A stretch of DNA of 62,217 nt. Origin: Candidatus Uhrbacteria bacterium (GTDB taxonomy: Bacteria > Patescibacteriota > Patescibacteriia > UBA9934 > GWF2-40-263). The DNA is taken from NCBI GenBank assembly GCA_043808565.1, contig JAZDEQ010000032.1:1-62217 (forward strand), in the 5' to 3' direction. The notes beneath the pieces were generated by a model. That model did no database searches, was not told the origin of the DNA, and was given only the letters and a program-made list of their open reading frames with translations. Shown here in pieces: positions 43,654-52,624 of this stretch (position 1 is the first letter of the stretch; each line of letters opens with the position of its first letter). The position numbers and the translations under genes were made by a program.

Positions 43654-44982
43654 ATGCCCTTAATAAATAAAAAAACAAAAATTAATCCAGAAGCAGTTGA
43701 GTCGTCAGAGAGTTTGTTAAAGAATAAAAATTCTGATCCTACGGCCAAGGCTGATAAAAAAGCGGTCGAAGAATGCATTAAAAAAGCCGAAGCCGGTATT
43801 AATAAAGACGCTTTGGTCAAACTCTTTGACCAAATAATGGTTTATGCCCATCTTTGTCGAGCTTCAGATATTCATTTGGAACCTTGGAAAAAATACGGAG
43901 CGGTTAGGATTCGCATTGATGGCATTTTACGCGACGAATTTCAGTTAGATTCTTTAATTTTTATTCAGCTCATTGCCCGATTAAAAATTTTAACCAAAAT
44001 GCGGACTGACGAACACCATGCGCCACAAGATGGTCGGTTTAAATTTATTAGTCCGCTAGGCGACGTTGATGTTCGTGTTTCAATTATCCCAACTGCTGGC
44101 GGCGAGAAAGCGGTTCTTCGTCTTCTTTCCAGTCAATCACACCAACTAACCTTGGAACAACTAGGTTTCTCACCAGAAGATTTACAGCGAGTGGAAAGGG
44201 CGGTGCGAAAACCATGGGGCATGATTCTGGCCACTGGGCCGACAGGCAGTGGTAAAACCACTACGGTTTATGCCATTCTTGAGGTTTTAAATAAACGTGA
44301 AGTTAATATCGTAACAATTGAAGATCCGGTTGAGTTTGAAATTCCCGGGATTAATCAGAGTCAAGTTGATCACGTGGCTAAGTTAACTTTTGCCACCGGC
44401 CTTCGTTCTTTACTTCGTCAGGATCCTGACATTGTTATGGTTGGTGAAATTCGTGATCAGGAGACAGCTAAGATCGCAGTTAACGCGGCCATGACTGGAC
44501 ACAAATTACTTTCCACTTTACATACCAACGACGCTTCCACCACCATTCCGCGGATTATTGATATGGGCGTGGAACCGTTTCTCATCGCTTCAACTCTTTT
44601 GTGTTCGGTGGCCCAACGTTTGGTGCGACGAGTTTGCGATAAATGTGCGGGTAAAAAAGAGTTTAGTAAAAAAGAAGCCCAAGTGATTTTTGGTGAAGAA
44701 GTAGTTAAAAATCTTTTTGGTGACAAAGACACGGTTTTGGTGGCGGAAATTAAGGGTTGTGATGCTTGCGCCCAAACTGGTTATCACGGTCGAATTGGTA
44801 TTTACGAGGTTTTGGAAAATTCTCCGGGTATTCAGGAAAAAATTATTCGTCGAGCTTCGAGCGCCGAGATTGATGAATTGGCAAAAAAAGAAGGCATGAC
44901 TTCGATCGCCCATGACGGCGTGAGAAAAATTTTATCTTTTCAAACTACGGTTGAGGAGTTAGTTCGCGTTATGCAAGAGTAA
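43654..44982 (+). CDS. pilB: GspE/PilB-family type IV pilus assembly ATPase (short form, no long N-terminal domain)
   Basis: RASDIHLEP, Walker A GPTGSGKTTT, GEIRD, and the tetracysteine motif CDKC...GCDACAQTGYHGRIG. Confidence 0.88.
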   Translation: MPLINKKTKINPEAVESSESLLKNKNSDPTAKADKKAVEECIKKAEAGINKDALVKLFDQIMVYAHLCRASDIHLEPWKKYGAVRIRIDGILRDEFQLDSLIFIQLIARLKILTKMRTDEHHAPQDGRFKFISPLGDVDVRVSIIPTAGGEKAVLRLLSSQSHQLTLEQLGFSPEDLQRVERAVRKPWGMILATGPTGSGKTTTVYAILEVLNKREVNIVTIEDPVEFEIPGINQSQVDHVAKLTFATGLRSLLRQDPDIVMVGEIRDQETAKIAVNAAMTGHKLLSTLHTNDASTTIPRIIDMGVEPFLIASTLLCSVAQRLVRRVCDKCAGKKEFSKKEAQVIFGEEVVKNLFGDKDTVLVAEIKGCDACAQTGYHGRIGIYEVLENSPGIQEKIIRRASSAEIDELAKKEGMTSIAHDGVRKILSFQTTVEELVRVMQE

Positions 44983-44986
44983 ACCT

Positions 44987-46060
44987 ATGGATTTTAAACT
45001 TACTCTTAAAAGCCAACCGCGATTAAAACATGTTGAATTACTTTTATTTACTAAATACTTGTCGGTTCTTTTGCGTTCCGGTTTGCCGCTCGATGAATCA
45101 CTCGACATTTTAAATAAACAAAGCAAAAAGAAAAAGAGTGCTTTAGGAGAAATTTTAACTAGTCTGACTAATTTCATTCGAACCGGAAAAACTTTGGCCG
45201 ATGGTTTGGTTTTGTACCCTAAAACTTTTACGCCGGTTTATTTAAACATGATTCGGGCCGGTGAGGCTTCGGGAACCCTGCAGGATAACCTCGATCAGTT
45301 AGTTAAACAATTAGAAAAAGAGCATGAGCTAACGCAAAAAATTCGCGGGGCCATGATGTATCCGGCAGTTATTTTTACGGCCGGTTTAGGTATCGCGATT
45401 TTTATTGTGGTTTTTATTTTGCCGCAAATTACCGGACTTTTTGCCTCTTTAAAAGTTGAATTACCTTTCACTACTCGAGCGATTTTTTGGTTGTCTAATT
45501 TTATTCGTTTTCAGTGGTCGTGGCTTTTAATCATTATTTTTTTAGTGACCGTTGGTTTTAATATTACTTATCGTCTTAAAGTTTTAAAACCATTTTTTCA
45601 CGGCTTTTTTCTTTGGCTGCCGATCACAGGTAAGTTAACTAAAGAAGTAAATTTAGCTCGAAGCTTTAGATTAATGGGCACGCTTTTAAAAAGCGGTTTA
45701 CCAATTAGTGAGGTTTTAGAAACCGCTCTTAAAGTACTGCGAAATATCCGTTATATTAATATGTTTACAGCGGTGAAGGATGGTGTGGCTCGAGGTAATA
45801 CAGCGACTTCGGTTTTGGAAAATTATCCTAACCTGATTTCGCCTTTAGCCATGCGTTTGATTTTAGTTGGTGAGGAAACTGGAACTCTGGGAGAAATGTT
45901 AATGTATCTGGCCGAGTTTTACGAAGAAGAAATTGAAGATGAAACTAAAAATCTCACCTCTTTACTTGAACCAGTTTTGATTGTCGTGATTGGTTTTGTT
46001 ATTGGTTGGTTAGCGGTTTCTATTTTATCGCCAATTTATAAAGTGGTTGGGTCGGTTTAA
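44987..46060 (+). CDS. pilC: PilC/GspF-family platform protein
   Basis: Two GspF-like repeats with 3 TM segments, and the EP.LI...G motif at the C-terminus. Confidence 0.88.
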   Translation: MDFKLTLKSQPRLKHVELLLFTKYLSVLLRSGLPLDESLDILNKQSKKKKSALGEILTSLTNFIRTGKTLADGLVLYPKTFTPVYLNMIRAGEASGTLQDNLDQLVKQLEKEHELTQKIRGAMMYPAVIFTAGLGIAIFIVVFILPQITGLFASLKVELPFTTRAIFWLSNFIRFQWSWLLIIIFLVTVGFNITYRLKVLKPFFHGFFLWLPITGKLTKEVNLARSFRLMGTLLKSGLPISEVLETALKVLRNIRYINMFTAVKDGVARGNTATSVLENYPNLISPLAMRLILVGEETGTLGEMLMYLAEFYEEEIEDETKNLTSLLEPVLIVVIGFVIGWLAVSILSPIYKVVGSV

Positions 46061-46063
46061 AAT

Positions 46064-46555
46064 ATGAAAACCAAAAAAGGCTTTACTCTTTTAGAGACAG
46101 TTTTAGCCGTGGGAATTTTAAGCCTGCTTTTTTTTCTGGGTTTAAATATCGTGACTTCTACCCAAAAAACTGCTTCTCGACAGAGTGCTAAAACCATTGA
46201 ACAAATTTTTCAAACTGCGGCCACTCGCGCTCGTGATGGAGTTAATGGTTCGGCTTGGGGTGTCTACATTCCGTATGATGAAGCAACTCGAAGCACCACC
46301 GAAGCTATTTTGTTTTCCGGAATAAGTTATGCGGCTCGTAATGTGGCGTTGGACATTGTTTATCCTATAAGTTCGCAACTAGATTTTACCTCTTTTAAAA
46401 ATAATCCAGCCTCGATTGGTAATGACCACGAAGTGGTTTTCGCTTATTTGACCGGGCAGACTAGTAATACTGGTTTTTTGATCATGGATTTTTTTGAAGA
46501 CTCAATGATGATTTCTTTTTCGGCCACGGGTTTGCCGGTGGTTGATCCGTTATGA
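46064..46555 (+). CDS. Prepilin-type minor pilin / pseudopilin
   Basis: N-terminal KKGFTLLETVLAVGIL. Confidence 0.75.
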   Translation: MKTKKGFTLLETVLAVGILSLLFFLGLNIVTSTQKTASRQSAKTIEQIFQTAATRARDGVNGSAWGVYIPYDEATRSTTEAILFSGISYAARNVALDIVYPISSQLDFTSFKNNPASIGNDHEVVFAYLTGQTSNTGFLIMDFFEDSMMISFSATGLPVVDPL

Positions 46556-47421
46556 TAAACGCTTTGACAAACAACAGGGGTTTTGTTTTTTTGGAAGCTT
46601 TGTTAGCTGTGGGTTTGATAATGATTTTTCTTTCGGCCATCGGCGGTTTGTTTTTTATAATCGCCAATGGCGGAGTTCGTATTCACCAATCCGAGCAAGC
46701 CAATTTGCTGGCTCATAGCGGTTTGGAAGCCTTGCGAACCGTGGCTTTTGACGACCTGAGTTTAACTTCGTCTGGTCAGCCAGTTTTTTCCAGTCCAAGA
46801 TGGACAGTTGTGGCTGGTCCAGAAACTGTCGAAAGTTTTACCAGAACCGTTCGAGTTGAGGAAGTTCAGCGCGATGCTTCTTGTAATATTGTTGCGACCG
46901 GCGGTACGGTTGATCCAGACAGTAAGTTTATTGAAAGCGAAGTGGTTTGGCAGGATTTGCTTGGACGTTCGCATCAAATTTTATTGACGAGCTTAAAAAC
47001 TCGTTGGAACGATCCGCAAGGCCCGTGTTTTCAACCATCGGCAGCGGCTAGTTTAATTTTTCATATAGAATTTACTTATTGGTATGGCGGCAAACAGTTG
47101 CGGGAGCTTTATTTGGAAAACGGTGGTTCAATTCCGTTTACTATGACGGCCATGACTTTAAGTTGGGATAATGCCAATCAAATTCAACAAGTTTTTCTTA
47201 ACTCCACTAAAATTTGGTCAGCGGCTGGCCCGGGTTTGCCATCAGGTAATCAATCTTCGGGCGTGCGTCTTGATATTCAAGATTACACCATGAACCCCGG
47301 TGATTATTTTGAAATGAACAAAACCCAGTTTGATCGAGCCATGGCGGGAACAACCTTGATTTTAAATATTGAATTTTCTGACGGTTCGATTTTTACTTCG
47401 GATCCTTTTACTCCAGAATAA
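46552..47421 (+). CDS. Large pilin-like protein (degenerate prepilin N-terminus), module 1
   Basis: N-terminal NNRGFVFLEALLAVGLIMIFL. The start overlaps the upstream stop (ATGA). Confidence 0.65.
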   Translation: MINALTNNRGFVFLEALLAVGLIMIFLSAIGGLFFIIANGGVRIHQSEQANLLAHSGLEALRTVAFDDLSLTSSGQPVFSSPRWTVVAGPETVESFTRTVRVEEVQRDASCNIVATGGTVDPDSKFIESEVVWQDLLGRSHQILLTSLKTRWNDPQGPCFQPSAAASLIFHIEFTYWYGGKQLRELYLENGGSIPFTMTAMTLSWDNANQIQQVFLNSTKIWSAAGPGLPSGNQSSGVRLDIQDYTMNPGDYFEMNKTQFDRAMAGTTLILNIEFSDGSIFTSDPFTPE

Positions 47422-47424
47422 TTT

Positions 47425-47988
47425 ATGATTCTTAGAAACCAAAAAGGCATTACTCTAATTGAAACACTTTTGGCAGTGACAGTTTTGATTATCGTTTTAC
47501 CGGTTTTGGTCTTATCGCTTATTCGTTTAAATAAAGAGTCAGCTTATTTTAGTGTTCGCCAGAGAATTGATAGCTCACTGTCTTTGATTTTAACAAATTT
47601 ATCAACTGAATTAATTTCAGCTCAATCGTTCGGAGTTTCTACTAGTGTTTTAGAAGTAAATCCCAGCACTTTTTCTTTTGTTGATAAAAATGGTTTAACC
47701 GTGATTATTGATTGTCCAACCGCCACGGTTTCCTTATCTGGTGGCGACCAAACGATTCATCGTCTGCGTTTGCGACGGGGGACTACGGAAACTGTTTGGT
47801 TAACTGATTCTGACGTGGATGTTACTGATTGGACAGTCCAAACTGTTCGAAATAGTGGGGGAGATTTAACAGGTCTAAGAATTCAAACCACTTTGGCTAT
47901 GAATAATAAAAACGACCAACCTTTTCAAAATGCTGGTTCGTCAATTGATTTTACTTTAGTTATTCCACTGTCAGTAACTGAATTATGA
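47425..47988 (+). CDS. Prepilin-type minor pilin
   Basis: N-terminal NQKGITLIETLLAVTVLIIVL. Confidence 0.72.
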   Translation: MILRNQKGITLIETLLAVTVLIIVLPVLVLSLIRLNKESAYFSVRQRIDSSLSLILTNLSTELISAQSFGVSTSVLEVNPSTFSFVDKNGLTVIIDCPTATVSLSGGDQTIHRLRLRRGTTETVWLTDSDVDVTDWTVQTVRNSGGDLTGLRIQTTLAMNNKNDQPFQNAGSSIDFTLVIPLSVTEL

Positions 47989-48377
47989 GTTTTTTGTTTA
48001 AAAATTTTTCTGCTCGGGGCATGTCATTAATTTTGCCGGTTTTGATTTTGGGCGCGGCTGGAATTTCAACTTTTCTTTTGTTGGCTTCAAATACGGCCGT
48101 TTCTTTAACTGATATTTTTTCACGACAAGATTCTTTACAATCGCGTGAATATCTTTTTGGCTGTTTAGACGAATATTTAGTTCATTTGCCAACTAACCCA
48201 GATTTTTCTCCGACCTCGTTGTTGGTTTTCGATACAGTTTGTACTGCCAGTGTTTCTGAACCAGTGATTGGAGAAAAACAAATTGTTCTAAATGTTACTA
48301 AGGGCGTGGTGACGAGACAGTTGACGGCGACGGTTCAATTAAGTCCTTTGTCGATAATTGAAATTACCGAACCTTAA
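47985..48377 (+). CDS. Small N-terminally anchored protein (PilX-like position), module 1
   Basis: N-terminal hydrophobic segment MSLILPVLILGAAGISTFLLL. The start overlaps the upstream stop (ATGA). It occupies the same position as 54498-54908 in module 2. Confidence 0.55.
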   Translation: MSFLFKNFSARGMSLILPVLILGAAGISTFLLLASNTAVSLTDIFSRQDSLQSREYLFGCLDEYLVHLPTNPDFSPTSLLVFDTVCTASVSEPVIGEKQIVLNVTKGVVTRQLTATVQLSPLSIIEITEP

Positions 48378-49117
48378 CTCGTAACTAACAAAATTATCCA
48401 GCCAGCGATGGCTAAAAATGGGCCAAAAGGAATTTGCGACTTCATAGTCGCTTTTTTAGTGGCTAATAAAAACAAGGCATAAATGGCACCAATAACATAA
48501 GCTAAGCCAATGGCCCAAATACCAAACCACAGGCCAAGCGCGGCGCCCAGAAAAAGTCCCATGCCAGTATCGCCGCCGCCTACCCAACGGCCGCGGGAAA
48601 CGAGGTGCTGGAGGTAGAAGAAAGCGCCGCAAGTGATGGAACCTAGGTAAAAGGAAATGAAGGGGAGTGAAGGGAAGTTAAGGGGGGTTAAGAGGAAAGA
48701 AAAAGCAGAGTTAAAAATTAAGGCCACAATCGTCGCGGTTAAAGTGAATTTAAATGGTAGAAGGCCGGTGCGGGCGTCGACGAGAAAAAGTAAAATAAAA
48801 AAACCAGTAAAAATCAGATCGCGTAAAAGCAGCCAGTCAATTGTTGGGTGGATTAATCCAACGGTTAAGAACAAAAGACCGGAAATTAATTCAACAGTCG
48901 GTTCCTGCCAGCTAATAGGTTTTTTGCAAGACAAACATTGGCCGTGTAAAAAAATAAAACTAAAAATTGGTATCAGTTCTTTAGCTGAAAGAATTTTGTG
49001 ACAATGAGGGCATTGTGAACGTTCGGGCCAATGAAATTTGGTTTTGGTTCGCCAAGCTGTGGCTGAAAGAAAACTGCCAAAACAAGTGCCGATAATGAAA
49101 AGGAAAAAAAGTAGCAT
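48374..49117 (-). CDS. pilD: Prepilin peptidase (A24 family, PilD) with an N-terminal Cys4 zinc motif
   Basis: CPHC...CLSC, the first catalytic Asp context (LVDARTGLLP), the second (GGGDTGMGLFLGAALG), and a polytopic profile. Confidence 0.88.
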   Translation of the reverse strand: MLLFFLFIIGTCFGSFLSATAWRTKTKFHWPERSQCPHCHKILSAKELIPIFSFIFLHGQCLSCKKPISWQEPTVELISGLLFLTVGLIHPTIDWLLLRDLIFTGFFILLFLVDARTGLLPFKFTLTATIVALIFNSAFSFLLTPLNFPSLPFISFYLGSITCGAFFYLQHLVSRGRWVGGGDTGMGLFLGAALGLWFGIWAIGLAYVIGAIYALFLLATKKATMKSQIPFGPFLAIAGWIILLVTS

Positions 49118-49183
49118 ATCCCCAACAACTTTTTAGTTGTCTTTTTTTATGTTATAGTAAGCTTAGCTAAAATTTTACTTTAT

Positions 49184-49249
49184 ATGTCGAATAACCGCAA
49201 AAAAATTCTCGTAGCCGAAGACGAAAAACCTTTAGCCAAAGCTTTTTAA
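49184..49249 (+). pseudogene. 21-codon relic of a response-regulator receiver domain N-terminus
   Basis: MSNNRKKILVAEDEKPLAKAF-stop. KKILVAEDEKPLAKA is the canonical start of a CheY-like receiver (beta1 plus the acidic pair). No continuation exists in any frame. Confidence 0.4.
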
Positions 49250-49254
49250 TTTGT

Positions 49255-51006
49255 ATGCCTAGGAGGATAGGGGGAAACCAATCAGCGACCGTAATACCGG
49301 CGGTTGAGCCACAAAAATTACCGTGGCAAAAAATTCTGGTTGAAGAGAATTATTTAACCGAAAAAGATATTACTAACGCCGAGGCTTATGCTAAATTGCA
49401 TCATGCTGATTCGTTAGATTTTTTATTTTCTGAAGGTTTGATTACTAAAGATTTGTTTGGTCAGGCCGTGGCTGAATTTTATAAATTATCTTATGCTGAC
49501 CTTAATTCTCACCAGCCAGTTAAAGAACAGGTTTTAAAAATTCCCGAAGCCTTGGCCAAAAACCAGCGAGTCATTTTATTTAGAGAAGAAAAAGACAAAG
49601 TTACTTTAACTACCGATCGTCCAGATCAGACGATTTCTGAAGAAATTAAAAAGCTTTTTCCTAAAAAGAAAATTGTTTTGGCTTATTCGGTCACCGAAGA
49701 TATTGAAGTGGCTTTGGTTAATTATCGTAAAACTCTTGATACGCGTTTTGCCAAAATTTTGGCCGAAAAGGGCCGGATGGCTTCAGAAATGATTGAAGAA
49801 ATTATTGGCGATGCTCTATCGTTTCGGGCTTCAGACATTCATTTTGATCCACAGGAAACCGAAGTGGTAATTCGTTTTCGGATTGACGGTGTTTTGCAAG
49901 AAGCCGGACGTTTACCTAAAGAATTTTACGAAAATATTTTAAATCGTATTAAGGTTCTTTCGCGCCTGCGGACCGATGAACATTTTTCGGCTCAAGACGG
50001 AGCGATTCGTTATAAAAATCAAGGTCAAGCTGTAGATATGCGGGTTTCGGTAGTGCCGATTCTCGATGGTGAAAAGGTGGTTATTCGTTTGCTTTCAGAA
50101 TATGTTCGACGTTTTACTTTAGGTGATTTGGGTTTTTCCGAAGCCCAGCAAAAACAAGTGGTGATTTCTTCAGAAAAACCTTTTGGTATGATTTTGGTTA
50201 TTGGGCCAACCGGTTCGGGTAAGTCGACTACTCTTTATGCTTTGCTTAAAATGTTAAATAGTCCAGAGTTAAACATTGCTACCATCGAAGATCCGGTTGA
50301 GTATAAAATTGTTGGTGTCAACCACATTCAGGTTAATACCCAAACTAATTTAACTTTTGCTAAAGGTTTGCGTTCGATTGTTCGTCAAGATCCGGACATT
50401 ATTTTAGTTGGTGAAATTCGTGACCAAGAAACTGCCGAAATCGCCGTTAACGCCGCCTTAACAGGCCATCTTTTACTTTCTACCTTTCACGCCAATGATG
50501 CGGCCACGGCCATTCCGCGACTCTTAGACATGGGGGTGGAACCATTTCTTTTATCTTCGACTTTGGAGCTTTTAATTGCCCAACGTTTGGCTCGGAGGAT
50601 TTGTGAAAATTGTCGTTATAGTTTAGTGGTTGATCAAACCGAAATGAAGAAGAATTTTCCTTCAGTGGCTAAATTTTTTCCACCAAGCCTAACTCTTTAT
50701 CGAGGTAAAGGTTGCCAAGCTTGTAATAACACTGGTTATAAAGGCCGGGTGGCGATTTTTGAATTTATTCGTGCCACCCCAGAGCTTCAGGATTTGATTT
50801 TGCGTAATCCTTCGGCGCGAAATATTTGGGAATTAGCCAGCTTGCAAGGAGCCAAAACTTTATTTTTCGATGGTTTAGAAAAAGTTAAAACCGGAGTCAC
50901 CACCCTTGAAGAATTATTGCGCGTGGCGGCTCCGCCCGAAGAAACTGAAATAGAAAAGGCCGGAAACGATAAAATTCTGAATAACAAAAAAAATAAAACT
51001 TCATAA
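49255..51006 (+). CDS. pilB: PilB/GspE-family type IV pilus assembly ATPase (long form with N-terminal GSPII_E_N-like domain)
   Basis: RASDIHFDP, Walker A GPTGSGKSTT, GEIRD, and CENC...GCQACNNTGYKGRVA. Confidence 0.92.
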   Translation: MPRRIGGNQSATVIPAVEPQKLPWQKILVEENYLTEKDITNAEAYAKLHHADSLDFLFSEGLITKDLFGQAVAEFYKLSYADLNSHQPVKEQVLKIPEALAKNQRVILFREEKDKVTLTTDRPDQTISEEIKKLFPKKKIVLAYSVTEDIEVALVNYRKTLDTRFAKILAEKGRMASEMIEEIIGDALSFRASDIHFDPQETEVVIRFRIDGVLQEAGRLPKEFYENILNRIKVLSRLRTDEHFSAQDGAIRYKNQGQAVDMRVSVVPILDGEKVVIRLLSEYVRRFTLGDLGFSEAQQKQVVISSEKPFGMILVIGPTGSGKSTTLYALLKMLNSPELNIATIEDPVEYKIVGVNHIQVNTQTNLTFAKGLRSIVRQDPDIILVGEIRDQETAEIAVNAALTGHLLLSTFHANDAATAIPRLLDMGVEPFLLSSTLELLIAQRLARRICENCRYSLVVDQTEMKKNFPSVAKFFPPSLTLYRGKGCQACNNTGYKGRVAIFEFIRATPELQDLILRNPSARNIWELASLQGAKTLFFDGLEKVKTGVTTLEELLRVAAPPEETEIEKAGNDKILNNKKNKTS

Positions 51007-51012
51007 TTATTT

Positions 51013-52128
51013 ATGGAGCCATTTAAAAAAAATAAAACTCAGTCAAGTAAGAAGAAAAAAAGTTTGGGTCTTTTTTCTTCTTTTGGTTTTGGCGAAGAAC
51101 GAGAGTATTTTGTCGACAACTTATCCATTTTGCTTCATTCGGGTATGGGCATTTTGCCAGCCCTTAAAGCCCTGCGTTTGGAAACTCGTTCCCGACGTTT
51201 TGCTCGGCTCATTGAACAAATGGAAGATCAAATTGAGAGTGGTATTCCGGTTTGGTCAGCCATGGCCGAAGTTCAACTTTTTTCACCTCAAGTTTTATCT
51301 TTAATTAAACTTGGTGAGGACTCGGGTCGGTTGGTTGATAATCTTCGTGTCGTAGCCACCCAACAACAAAAAGACCGAGTTTTTCGTTCCAAAATTTTGT
51401 CAGCGCTTCTTTACCCGGGGTTTGTTTTGGTTTTAGCCGGCGTGGTTGGTGGTTGGGTTTTGTTGTTTCTTTTGCCTCAATTAGCTAACACTTTTGGCTC
51501 GTTGAATATGGAATTGCCATTAATGACCACAGTCCTTTTAGTGGTTGGCAAATTTGTTCAGCAGTATTGGTCAATTGTTGTGCCGGTTGGTGGGGTTCTG
51601 CTATTTTTTGGTTTTTTTATTTTTTTTGTTTTACCGCAAAGCAAATTTATTGGTGAGTTTTTATTATTAAAAATCCCAGGTATTGGCCGCTTACTAAAAG
51701 AATCAGAAATTGGCCGGACAGGTTATTTATTAGGGACACTTTTAGGCGCCGGTTTAACTTTGGTTGATTCGTTGTCTTCGATGTCTAATGCCGCCAATTT
51801 GCGTGGTTATAAAAAAATGTACAGTTTTCTTTCCCAGCGTTTAGAAGAAGGATTAACCTTTCAACAAGGTTTTGACGAATATAAAAAAGCCCGACGTTTA
51901 TTGCCAATTCCCATGCAACAGTTAATCGTGGCGGCTGAACAATCAGGGCATTTGCCAGAGGCTTTTTTGAGTATTGGCGAACTTTATGAAGCCCGTACTG
52001 AATTAACCGCTAAAAATTTAGCCGTAATTTTGGAGCCAATTCTTTTGGTTTTGGTTGGTGTTGGCGTTTTGTTTTTGGCTCTGGCTGTGATCATGCCAAT
52101 TTACGGTTTAGTGGGTGGAATGGGTTAA
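51013..52128 (+). CDS. pilC: PilC/GspF-family platform protein, second copy
   Basis: Two GspF-like repeats, TM segments, and LEPILLVLVG at the C-terminus. Confidence 0.88.
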   Translation: MEPFKKNKTQSSKKKKSLGLFSSFGFGEEREYFVDNLSILLHSGMGILPALKALRLETRSRRFARLIEQMEDQIESGIPVWSAMAEVQLFSPQVLSLIKLGEDSGRLVDNLRVVATQQQKDRVFRSKILSALLYPGFVLVLAGVVGGWVLLFLLPQLANTFGSLNMELPLMTTVLLVVGKFVQQYWSIVVPVGGVLLFFGFFIFFVLPQSKFIGEFLLLKIPGIGRLLKESEIGRTGYLLGTLLGAGLTLVDSLSSMSNAANLRGYKKMYSFLSQRLEEGLTFQQGFDEYKKARRLLPIPMQQLIVAAEQSGHLPEAFLSIGELYEARTELTAKNLAVILEPILLVLVGVGVLFLALAVIMPIYGLVGGMG

Positions 52129-52179
52129 ACCCCCACCCTAACCCTCCCCCGTCGCGGCGACGAGAGAGGGAATTAAATT

Positions 52180-52623
52180 ATGTCGAAAAAAATTAATCAG
52201 GGTTTTACCATTATTGAAGTTTTGATTGTGGTGGCGATTATTACTGTTTTAGCAGCCGTGGCTTTGCCCGTGTCTTATTCGTTTTTAAATAAAAACGATT
52301 TAAATTTAACCAGTCAAAAAATTGTTCAAACCATACGACGAGCTCAATTTTTAGCTCAAGCCAATGACAGCGATTCAACCTGGGGAGTTCATGTCCAGCT
52401 GGGGAGCGCAACAATTTTTAAAGGCGCAAGTTATTTGGCCCGCGATACCACTCGTGATGAAGTTTATACTTTTCCTGATAACGAAACCTTTAGTGGAACT
52501 ACAGATTTTCTTTTTTCAAAATTAACCGGTTATCCCACGACGGCCGGATCGCTGACGATTACCTCATCAGACACAGCCGCCAAAAGTATTATCTTAAATA
52601 CTCGCGGCACGATTCAGTATTAA
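52180..52623 (+). CDS. Prepilin-type pilin
   Basis: N-terminal INQGFTIIEVLIVVAIITVLAAVALP. Confidence 0.8.
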   Translation: MSKKINQGFTIIEVLIVVAIITVLAAVALPVSYSFLNKNDLNLTSQKIVQTIRRAQFLAQANDSDSTWGVHVQLGSATIFKGASYLARDTTRDEVYTFPDNETFSGTTDFLFSKLTGYPTTAGSLTITSSDTAAKSIILNTRGTIQY

Positions 52624-52624
52624 T

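Noticed and set aside
48640-48700. A purine-rich stretch (gaaggggagtgaagggaagttaaggggggttaagagg) inside pilD resembles the G-rich repeats elsewhere.
   Set aside because: It encodes a hydrophobic/Pro-rich TM-loop segment of the peptidase (LTPLNFPSLPFISF) and shows no clear tandem unit or palindrome. It is probably just coding sequence.
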